From Diadema antillarum (lineage: Eukaryota): a stretch of 64,000 bases of DNA. The position numbers and the translations under genes were made by a program. Position 1 is the stretch's first letter, and every line of letters starts with the position of its first letter. Shown here one piece after another: positions 14,501 through 26,500 of the stretch. The stretch covers positions 2,418,001 through 2,482,000 of the forward strand of contig NW_027271012.1 in the NCBI RefSeq assembly GCF_040938485.1, written 5' to 3'. The notes beneath the pieces are model-generated. The model did not search any database, was not told the DNA's origin, and saw only the letters and a list, made by a program, of their open reading frames with translations.

Positions 14501-17500
14501 ATGCGTACACCAATAACACCAATGAAGACTCTGGGATTGCTGAACCAACACCAGAAGAATATGACCCAGAGTTTGAACGGTATGAAGTTTTTAGGTGCAT
14601 TATTCATTGTGCCTACTTTGTTTAATCTACTATCAACGGCACTGATGTCATTCATACAAGTAGTTATTAAGGTTATCACTAATATGCATCATTCTCAATT
14701 GTCATCTTTTGTTGGATTTTTTTAGATAGTTCAGTTAAGGTATCTTGAGTTTTCCTCGAGACTGCACAGTTAGGAACACTGAAATTTGCAATATGTTTAC
14801 TTTGAAAACTGTTTTCTTGATGTGCCACTTCAATTGGAGTATCAATGTCTGACATTGTTTATTGTTTTTATGTTTCTTGAGACAAGTGAATTATATCTCA
14901 TCATCAGCATGTATTTTGAAGAGGAGCTAAGTCTTTTTCAAAGCAAGGAAAAGAGAACAAACAAAGCTTATTTATCAGATTTGTTTTCTTCTGGTAATTT
15001 TTTTGTGTACATTGCTAGCAAAGGAGTTGAGCTTTGCTTTGATATTGATTTACCTCGACAATGAAGAACTTCTCCTCTGTATGCATAAGGGAGTGCAGAG
15101 ACCAATTTAGTGTCAAAGAAGTGCTGTGAAATTTTTTCCACACATACTCGTGACGAGTTCGGTCCATATTCGCATCTCTTTTGCAGAAGGCAGTCAGGTG
15201 CAGAGAATCAGTACTACACTGGAGAGGGAAACTTCCTCCAAAATCAGCAGCGAAACAAGCAGCTGGAGGAAGAGGCGCAGAGATATGAAGAAGAGAGGAA
15301 GCAGGAGGAGCAGAGGCTGCGGCAAGCAGAGATTCTCAAGCAGGAAGAAGAAGAGAGGCAAGAAGCTATCCAGAGAGAAGAAAGAAGGAGGATAGAGGAA
15401 GAAAAGAAAGAAGAGGAAAGGAGAGAAGAAGAGAAGAGAATGGAAGAAAAACGTAGAGAAGCAGAGAGGAGAATGGAGGAAGAAAGGCGGGAGGAGCTAC
15501 GGAAGAGAGAGGAGGAGAATCGCCGAAAGCGATTTGAAGAGGAGAAAAGGAAGGAAGAAGCGAGGATCAAGGCTGAGAAGAAGAGGGAGGAGGAGGAGGA
15601 AGCAAGGAGATTGGAAGAAGTGCGCAGGGAAGAGGAGGAGGAAAGATTGAGGCAGGAGGAGATTGAGAGGTCCTTTGAAGAGCAGAGGCAACGGAAAGTG
15701 GCCGAGAGGATCCGCGCCGAGAAGGAGCGGGCAAAGGCAATGCTGTATGATGGAGATGACGTCGCCATGGAAACGGGCCTGGCAGAGGACTATGGGGGCG
15801 CCGCTCCAAACGACGGCCAGATGAGAAAGAGAGCCGAAGACGAGCTGAGAGACTACCAGCCCCAGTCGTCGTGGGGATACAAACCATCTGGGCGGGGGTG
15901 GTAGTGTAGCCAGGGAGGATGCAGAGTTTGAAGGGAAGTCTCACGAGGAAGTGCGGGACGGATTGAAGAGGGTTCATCTCACTCCAGAACTTGAACGAAG
16001 GGCAAAGGTCAGTTTCTAAACTTATAAATACCTCCTGTGGGGTTGCTTAAACTGAATGCCATTTAATAGAATACAAAACATGAGGGTAGTATCTAATAGG
16101 TGGCGATGTCTTGATATACATTGTACAGGGATGCCAATTTAGGCTTTTTTATGTACAAGGGAGCTTCATGTGGATGTATTTCAGGCCCTCGCTTTCATTC
16201 TACATGTAACTGGCATCTCTGTGATATACTCCCCTTAATGAATGATTCATTAATTGACACTGTCTAGAATTTGATTGTCATATTGACAAAATATATCTCT
16301 TCATAGCCAGCACTTCACTGCATGTCTTATGAGAACCAATATGTATTAAAGCCAGTCTGCTCTTTGGAAATAAAGCCATTTTAGTGGAAAGCAATGAAAT
16401 GGACCATTTACAAAATTGTGCATTAATTTTGTTCTGTATAGTTACTCTCCATGTGGCCGGAATATGCATTGCTAAGTTTTATGGGTTTATGTAACATGTA
16501 ATGATTCACATACACCTTGCAGGAGAAGAAGGATTTTTATATGTATCAGTGTTCTTATTTGATATCAAATGAAATTGTTGTACTCTTGCCAAAGTAAAAC
16601 ATGTACAGTCTTTAAAATGGCAGCTTTAGATAGTACTTTCATATTTCTGTATGTCTTCTTGTTATTTCATTTATTCATAGACTTTGCAAAACTCTTTATT
16701 TTTCAGGTTGGCAAGGTCCAGAACAGATCAATTTCTGAAGACATTTATGAGACTGATCCAGCAAGTAAGTTTTAGTCTAGCTTGATTATCTAGCAGTCAT
16801 TTAAAGAGACATGTGAGGAAGAGATGGCAAATCATAACAAGCAGAGATTCACAATGTTCCCTACTAGTGAAGAGTGAATGCATGATGATATTCAAAGTTA
16901 CAATTACATAATATACAAAATGTAAGGCTGCTGGGTGAAGACTGATTTTACCTATGATGTGAATGAATATGATGTGTGACACATAAACAAAACTGTGAGC
17001 GTCCTGAAGTTTCTGTTCACAATAACATTATTACCAACCAATTTTTACCTGAATTTCGGTCAAACTTGAAATGTGAAATGAATACCCTCTCAGTAGAAGT
17101 GCTATATTTGGTTCTTGGGATTTGTAAAAATTTCTAACATTTTAGAACATAAGGAAAATGATATAAAAGTGAGCTTTCCTGTGTGCCACAGTAGATACTC
17201 ATTTCAATTAGAAGTTTTGTCGTGTGATATCACATTTTCGTTGTCTTGTGAGTGCAAGGATGTGACCTTTTGTTCATCATTAAAGAAAACAATAATATTT
17301 GAAGATATTTTCTCTTCGTTTTGTCTGACAGCCAAACATTATGTGGATTGTGGTATTCTTTTGTACTTCACACTTCACATTTCTTTCATAAATTGCATGT
17401 GAAAAGCATATTGTGAGAGGAGCTTTTGAACTTAGTCTAGTGTAGAGGTGGTTTGTTGCGCTGACTTTTGCGATATTTCTCTGTTTTCATTTTCATATGG

Positions 17501-20500
17501 TAATGGTCATTCATTGACTTAATAATGTTTGAAGTGTTCTACCAAAGCTCTCATTTTTTTAGATATTGCGATGCTGATTTTGTGGTAGCATACGGCATTC
17601 CAACAGCATTCCCATGTAATACAACAATGAGTTGCAATGTTGTGGTCTGCATTTTCAGCACTTTATGGGAGCTATTTTGCAACAGCAAATCTTCAATTGC
17701 ACTGCATATTTGCAGGGATTTGCAAGTTGAAACAAATTCATTGCCGTTTATTTGTATTGCTGTATTGAGAGAATATTAATAGAAAAAAAAAGAATTTAAA
17801 AAAAAGTTTGAACAAATAAATTAGGGAGGATAATTATAACAAAAACACTTACCTGCTTCAGAGGTCATTTGCCACAACGTTGGAAGCATTTCACCCACCT
17901 TCAGTGGACTGCCACAGAAAATTGACCAAAGACAAGTTGTGCATGTTGACCTGAGTGTTATTGAAATGAATTAATTAGGGTCTAGACAGTTCATACACTG
18001 TAGATCCTGAGTTCAAATCTTCCCCAGCAAAAAAAAAATCCTTGAACAACATGTTCACCAAGCGGCTGTTTGACATTAAAAATTGGTACAGTGCACTCCC
18101 ATTTTAATGAAATACCGTAATGGAATTCCAGTTACAATAAAGTCAAAATTCAGGCTGCAACGTCATGCTCTCCATGTTTTTTATTGTTTGTTTGTTCGGT
18201 TATGATGAAAGAAAAATGCCGGTCCCGAGGACTTCATTATAATGGGAGTTCACTGTACCTGGAAATATTAAAGTACTGATAAAGACAGTGCCCTTGTAAA
18301 GAGCAATGCTAAACAATGAAGAGGCTACCCTTTGAAATACCATGTACTGTATGACCACATCTTTACTATTGCAAGATTCAATAGCTGTTTGATTAGTTTT
18401 GACGTTCATTGTGTCTGCCATGTTCCGAACATTGAAGTAATCCTGATTCGTAAAACATGTCAAAAATTGTCAAAAATAATGTCAATCTTTCTTATAGTTT
18501 GTTTCTTGATTTGGCCATTCTTCTTAGCTGGCTTGCTAGCACACTGCAAATCGTGAACGACCTTTGAACCTGTACAAAATAGAACATACACAATACATGC
18601 CAGAGATCTACTTTGATATGACGATGTATCGAACTAATGTTACATCCTCAGTCTTTGTAATGAAACTGGCGGGGATCATCACACTATCAAAAAGCTCCCT
18701 CTTCAAACCCATGTCACAGCGCCTTTAACCCATTGAGGACTAGTCCTGAGTATTCTTTGAATGGGGTAAATGGGAAATGCCTGTGAGTGTTATAGGAACA
18801 TCAGTCCATCTTCAACGGGTTGATATCAGCATGTAGTTTCAATGTTGTCTGTTTGGTTTTTTTTGCCCCTTCACTAGTGGCCCAACTTATTGCTGAGCTC
18901 GAAGCAGCCAGGCAGGAGCGTCAGGACAAGGAGAAGGAGAGGGAGGCATTGATCAAGAAAGCCAAGAACCTTCAGGCCAAGACGCATGACAGGCGATATA
19001 AATGTAAGTGCAATTTGCGACAATGTCGCAGCAGCAACTCTTAGTCCCACCAACTGCTTTTAGCATTTGTCCTGAATTAGTGCCTTATTTCTGAAAGTCA
19101 TTCGAATAATGCATCGAGATATTTCACAGTTACTGGTAGTCAATTACGAAACCCTGTTTGGATTTTGAGTTGCATCATTCCTGTTAAATGTTAGTTTTTT
19201 GCTGTTTTTCAGTTCAGTCATTTCATTTATTTGATTTGCTCTATTTCTATACTTTGCAAGAAAGTCCTTGTGTGTTTCAGATCACAACAGGTTGAAATAG
19301 AAGTGAGTGTCTTACTGTGAATGATTTTGTTCTTTTTCTTTCTATCTTAGAAAGCAAGCAAAAAAAAGAAAAATCCATCACCACAAATATATGCATAGAA
19401 AACCATCAGTGCTTTTCATAATCTATGTTTGAATAGGATGCACAATTCAATCCACATACGGTAGATGCACACAAAGTATTCCTCTCAGTTTCTTGGAAAG
19501 GTATATATTTTAGGTTTGTAGAAGAACAGCTGCCATATGATTTGCTCTGCTTGCTTGACTGGTTGTGTTGCTGAATTTCTATCTATAGTACAATGTATGT
19601 ACAGTATATGACTGTGAGTACATTTGTTGTTGTTGTTTTTTGTGTGTGTGTGTGTGTGGGTGGGAGAGTGAGGGCTTATATGATTATATATTTTTGGTTT
19701 TGCTGGCCAATTCATTGCACAGGAACTTGCACTCACAAGTTCGGTGTTTCGATGCATAGGCCCTACAAAGAAGGGGAAAAGTTATTGCTGGAAAGACACA
19801 GAAACACCTGCCTTCTGCGCAGGTTTGTGCATTTTTTCCGTTCGGAATTTTAATTTTAGAAATCATATTACGCCTCCCTCCATACTTCGAATTTGTTGGG
19901 GTTTTTTTCCCCTTTCTTAATTGAAATGCTTAGGGTTTGTTACACACATGCACAAACAGAACAACAACAACAAAAAAAGGCCACAGGGTGTCCACTCAGA
20001 TCAATTCTGATATCTGCTGTATAGCATCTCTAGCATTTTTTTTTATCATGGTTCTTTAATTATATCTAAAACTGAATTATTCTGCCTCTTTTTTTCGGGG
20101 GGGGGGGGGACTATACATTGTAGGCTTACCAATGAGATCCTTGCTGCTATTAAATACAAGTTCATACCCATGAACATTAAATGAGTGCGGTTAGCGTGAC
20201 CTCTGCAAAGCTGTCGGTGATGATGTAGACGGGGCTTGTGAACGTCCTTTCTATTGCTTTATTGATTTACCGGGCAACGTCTGCACTGCCCATGAAGGGG
20301 ATATTGATTTAAGCGTCAGCTCAGATGCGGTACACTGTGTTTCTACAGCCATAGGCCTACTTGTGATCCTCATTGCTCCGTTCGATATAGATACCCAACG
20401 ATGTCAGAGAATTCCTCACCTGCCCACAGGTTGCGTGAGGTGTGGTTGTCACTGATTTCGTTGGACTGCGTGTTTGCACCGCTCAATTGATGGAGCGTTT

Positions 20501-23500
20501 TCCCGGAAATTGCTCCAATTTATCATCATGCAGATAGTGACACTTTCTTGAATAATTTGCTCTTGCAGAAAGATAGAGAGAGAGAGAAAGAAAGAAATTG
20601 TAGCAATGAGGATGTGCATACAATTCATTCTTAACTATTTTCCCCTTTTCCATTGATGTGGTGTTACCTACGCTCTAAGATTTAATAGCATTATCAATTT
20701 CATGACATTGTTTATACACATATGAGGGTATGTGTTATGTATTGCATTCCACCACTGGTCATGCTGAAGAATGAGAGGTGCTGCACATTTATGATGATAC
20801 AAGATTGTGCCTTCATGCAGTGAGACAATTCATTTTACTGTCTTGGTTCAAGTGTCAGTACTTGTTCCTACATGACATTGTATGAAAAGATTATGTTCTT
20901 TGCAAGCTTTAAAAGAAAAAAAAAGAAAAAGAAGAAACTTTCACCAATAAGAAAGTATGTTCTAGGCAAGTTTAAACTTATAGTAAAAAACAAAGAAAAA
21001 TAGACTCACAAGTGTCATAGTGTAAAAGTATTCTTTGAATTTACAGAGGATCAATTTGATTTGTGTACTGTTACCAGGACCTATTCCAGTACCCCTGTTT
21101 ACCATTGAATGTTTAATACAAAACCATGAGTGTAAGTTACTCGGAGGGGCTTCAGTATGGGTGTTGGGGTTGTGGCTTCATTACAGGCTGTGCCTGACAA
21201 CAATTGATTCCTTTGATGCCAACAGAAAACCATGTAGTATTGATCTCACTGCACAAACATCCACAAAGTCTGCAAGGCCAACGTGTGAATGGCACTCCTA
21301 ATGGCTGACTTGATGACAATTAAATGCCAGAATTGGTTTAGGAGGAAGGGGAGAATTGGGAACATGACTGCTGTAATTATTCCTTTTTTAATCTAATTAT
21401 GTGTCGATTTGATTTCTTAGGTTTAAAAGAACAGTGGCTTTATTATTCCCCTCCAATAGGACATTTTGTGTATGTGTGTGGGTGGGTGGGTGAAGGGGGG
21501 GGGGGGTGCATTCCATGGCACTTCTAAAGTTTGTGGATGCACTGCAAGGATTGTAATGATGATACACAGGATGAGCTTGTTGCCAATTTGAACCTAGCAA
21601 CATGTGATTGGGGGCTCTTTAATACTAGGTGGAATAGAGTGGATGGAGGTGTGGCCACGAAAGTGTTCTTGAGAGTTGTTTGTAGCCTGGAGTGCTGTAT
21701 AATTGAGGAGTGTAATGTGGGATGATGTTATTGTGAGAGCTGGATTCAACATCCACATGAGTTCATGAGCATTATTAGTGTGCTGTGTGCTATTCTGTCG
21801 ACTTTGCATGATTGCATGCAACACCGAATAACATCGTCATAGATCAAAATGTTGTGAATGCTGTTATTTATATATTTCAACATGATTTCATCACATTTTG
21901 TGGGTTGGGGATGGGGAAGGGACTTGAATTGAAAGTTTGAGTCTCGGTATATGCATATCAGGGATCAACGCTAAGTTGTTTCGCTGGTGGCTTATTCTAA
22001 TAGCCATTAAAATCTCTTAATCTGAAATTTGGTAGCATGAAAAGGAAATGTGTTGGTCCAAATTGAAATAATAACTGTCCATTTTGAATCTTAGTTGCCC
22101 GATTGAGCCACCAAAAGATAGCCTTTTAGAAAATTTGGTGGCCCGACATATATTTTTAGTTGCCCTGGACACAGTTTGTACTGCATCAAATTTAAGGCAT
22201 ACGAGCTATTCAGAGAGAATATTCCCATTTGCACATTTCACTTGGATTCAGTGCGTTTACTTCTTTTGTGGGGCTGAGTGCCAAAGTAGAGATTCAATAT
22301 GTCATGGCATTTGAAAGGTTGTACATAGACAGTGCTAATAGAGCCATGATTCAAGAACAAATAATTATGGCAATTCAAAAAAAAAGAGAGAGTAAAAGTG
22401 TACAGTGTACATACATGTATCATTTATGCTGTATATTTTGTGTGAAATTACTTTTTTTTTTATAGGTACATACCGTATGTGTAATTGGATGAGCATTTTT
22501 GTATTGAGAAAACTGAATGTCTTTAGATGTGCATTTTAATATTTTTTTGAATTTTTAGTTAATAGTCTTGTGCTTGTTGCTTCATTTGCATATTAGACAT
22601 TGCTCTTTGACAAAATGTAAAATACTCTCCTTGCTCGCTTATTTGAATTAAACTGTTTTATTTGTCCTCAATCAGCAGAATTTTAGTTAAAACTGACTTA
22701 TATTTTTGGTACGGATACTAGTGTATGAAAGCTTGCCTTCAAAAAAAAAAAAAGCCCTCGAATACTCAGTGTGATAGTTCTGTCAAAATGTGTGCGGTTC
22801 TGCTTATGGCTTTTACTCTTGAAATGTAGTATTAAGCAAGCACATCAATAGTGTTTTATGTGTGAGATTGCTTCAATGTCACTCAACTTGCCTCTGCTTG
22901 TAGCTTACGATGAGCCCGGGCCATGGTCTAATAGTGTCAGCCCTGACAAAGACGCTCAGCGTAAGTCTTTTCTCACGATTGTATAGTGTGATAGATCTAC
23001 CGCTAGTATCTTCTAATTTCAAGAATATTCTCATTGAGTGTGTGGCATGCAGTAGCACTTGCTATTTCTGTCTTTTTTCTTCTCTTACAATTCTCTATTG
23101 CTATAGATGTTTGTAGATACTTCTGCACTCCTATCTTTAATCCGTATATTTCACTTTGAATCTACAAATGATATTAACCCATGAACATGTACATGCAGTG
23201 TATACTTACTTGCTTCACTTCTCATTTTGTTGTTACTATTTTCATCGATTTTGTCTCGTAAATATCTGCAATATTGTTTCTTTTGACAGATAGCATCCTT
23301 TGCTGTGTGTGTGTGATTACTTTAAGTGCCTTGTCGTTTCTCTCCTAACATATCAGTGTACATTGTATAGTGTGATGCTGTGATGTGTTACATAACAGAT
23401 CATGGAAATTTCTGTGGCTAATATAAAGCAAAGAAAGAAATAAAGAAATGAACAAAGCTACCCAAGAAAAAATGGAGAAAAGACAAAATTCAGGGCATAT

Positions 23501-26500
23501 TTCATCAATTTGTTTCAAAATGTTTAACTTCTTTTAGTGCATGCAAGCATTTTTCTTGCAAAAAAAATATAAATAAATAAATGAATAAATAAGTAAATAA
23601 ATAAATAAATAAATGAAATGTAGAATAACTACTGGCAATGTGATGCTTCAGTACTATGAATAGAGGAAATTCTTGTGCTGAAATATCGGAGGAAAAAAGT
23701 GATATGAATTGCACAAAATTAGTTCTTGCATCACAGATAATATGCTGTGTAGTACATCTGATCTTTCACCTTTGATTTTCATCAATGTTGTAATGCATTT
23801 CAACAGCTGTTAAAAGATGGGCTTTAGAATCTCTGCAATCTGATTGGTCAATTGTCATGCATTGATTTTTATTGATCCACACTGAGTCATGCGTCCGGTA
23901 ACATCCGAGCGCATGTCTCGAGTCTTGTATAGTGTAGTAGGTACAATACGGGACGCACAATGGGAAAAATGAATTTCACGAATTTACGGGCCCATTTTAT
24001 ATTACACACAAATGATGCACAGGCCTATTTCGTGGATCAGTGAGAATTGGATGCTCTCGTTTAACTTTGGAACAGTCTATAACCCACTCTATGCGCTTGT
24101 GGGTTTAAACAGTTCCAAAGTTAAACTCGCGCATCCAATTCTCACTGATCCACTTTGTCCTGTGCGTCATTTGTATACTATTGCACAGTGCTAACAGCAA
24201 AATTGCAAGATGGACAATCAGATGAGAAGAAAACTTTCTCAAGTTTCCAAAGTTGTTTTGAAGAGGTATCATTCATTTTTATTGAAAAAAAAAAAATGCC
24301 ACTCTCGGGTTAATGCATTCTTCCGTGTGTTAAGTACAGGAGATTTCTACAGTGAACATTGCCATGTGTATTGTCACTGGTAAGTTTATGAATGTGAAAC
24401 ACACATTGTACATTAATGACTTCGAAGTTGATTAAAAAGTTTGCCCTTTGTTCAGGTACAAATGTGCAGCCAAGCTTATTAAAGATAATAGGTGTCAAAG
24501 TACAAAACTCAGTCAGATTTTAATCATAAACAGTTGGGTGGGGGCAATAACGGTGTTTGTTTTATCGTTTGCCATTAAAGGAAGTACATATATGTTCATA
24601 AAGTAGCATGAGATTACATCACCATAGTTGGGGTTTTTTAATTTTGTTTTTTGGTTTTAGTTTTTTGGTTTGTTTTAACAATTGAGACATTTCCATCAGC
24701 TGTTTTATGATAAAGAGGTACAATCCCAGTAGAAGATTTGACCCCAAAGAAAAAAAGTACAGATTATAGGGAAATGAAAGCAATCCCTTTGTAAAGAATC
24801 AAAGCAAAGTCAAACAAATGAATATAATCAGAATTTGAATGTGAGACCACTTCCCATGTGAGCAAAGCAAATTTTGAGGTAATTCATGGATGTTAAAACA
24901 AACTTATGTTAGAAATTGCTTACATCATGAAAGAATATTTTAAATGTTTTGTAGGTTATCTGTAACTACTGAATTTGATTGGAGAAAAAGTTATGTTTTG
25001 TTTAAATCTTGCTTTGATTTGTGCATACATATCTACATTTGTTTTATATTTGATCAGAGTAGTCTTCTCCTACTTTACTTTTGTACATTTAATCTCAGAT
25101 TCTGTAAAACCTCAGGAGGCCTAATCCAGGGTCTTCAATATGACAGCCATTCTTCAATTGTACATAGACATTGTGCTTTTGATGCTCTTTCTACGTATGT
25201 GTTTCTTTCTTAAAAGAAAGGAAAAAAAGGCACCCATAAAAGGCGCTGTCACTGATTCAAGCATGTAAATCTGTCATTGGTATACATGACATATTATTTT
25301 TTTAAATATCAAAAAATACTTCTTGCTGAGGGTGAATATCTTGATTGAAGTGGTCACAAGTTGTACTACACAGTAGTATCCCATCTCATATATTTCTTCC
25401 TTTCTTTCTTTCTTTTTTGCCATTTCACTCTTCAAGCCCAGAGAAGTCTCTACCTATTTTAAAACTCACTGTCCATCATTTGCAACCTGACAGTACTTAT
25501 CTTGAATAGATAGCTCTGTTTGCCCTCCCAGCGGCCAGTTTCGACCGTGCAAATATGTGCACAGCGCCAGTGTCAGAAACCTAGTGCAAATATTGCCCAA
25601 CGATTCAAGTGATTGATTTCTCTTTTTCTTGAGTGTGTGAGATCACTCTGCGTAACTAACTTGCAACCATCGCACTGCAAAAATTGAATCGCTGTCGTTT
25701 TGTAGTTATCTATCTGTCTGATTGCTATCATTTTGTACAGTTATCCAGTATGTGTCTGATTCTGTGTCTCTCTTTCTTCTACCAGTGATGATGACCCCGA
25801 TCTCCATTTTTCATTCTTTCAACTCCAGTTTTCTTCGTCTCTTTTTTCTTGTACTTGCTCACTTCCCATATCATTAATTCAATATCCCAATAGTCCCCCT
25901 CCCCCGATATAATCAAATGCTTTCTATCTCTCTCTATCTCTCTCTATCTCACTCTATACAAGTATCTCTCACTGTCTTTTTCTCTTATCCATCTTTATAT
26001 CTATCTGCTTGTCTGCCTATCTCTCTAACTTGGTTGTTCCTCAGCCATGTACAGTATGCACACATGTATCTATTCATCTCAATGTATTTTCAATTTCATT
26101 TTTCAATTTTTAATGGGATCCCGATGGAATCCCATTTTCTTTGCTCATTTTTCCACGAATATTTTCAATTTACTGTAAAACCAGGAATGCTTTTTTGCAG
26201 GCATTTTGATTTTGGGGATTTTGTGAGAGCCAAGATTCACAGAATTAAAACATGTACACGCAAAAGTTCTTGCCTACACTGTATGCATTGAATGCCAGTG
26301 GCAATTCGCAAAAATTTCATGCCGCAAAAAAGGCCATCAGCTCCAATTCGCGAATATTTCTGGTTTTACAGTAGTGTCCTCATTTTGTGCAATATGACAT
26401 GTTCGACATCAAAGTCATCTCATCTTCGCCAGGTCACTGTCACACTCACATTGTGCATGTCATTTGAGAGCTCTGTCATCAATAATGACAATTTAATTGT

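Noticed and set aside
15244-15977. Minus-strand Ser/Leu/Phe-rich ORFs
   Set aside because: Antisense shadows of the purine-rich E/R/K exon.
20180-20520. GC-richer intronic patch; the minus strand gives VYIITDS, faintly like a retroelement RNase H
   Set aside because: Frames are broken and the similarity is too weak to call without a search.
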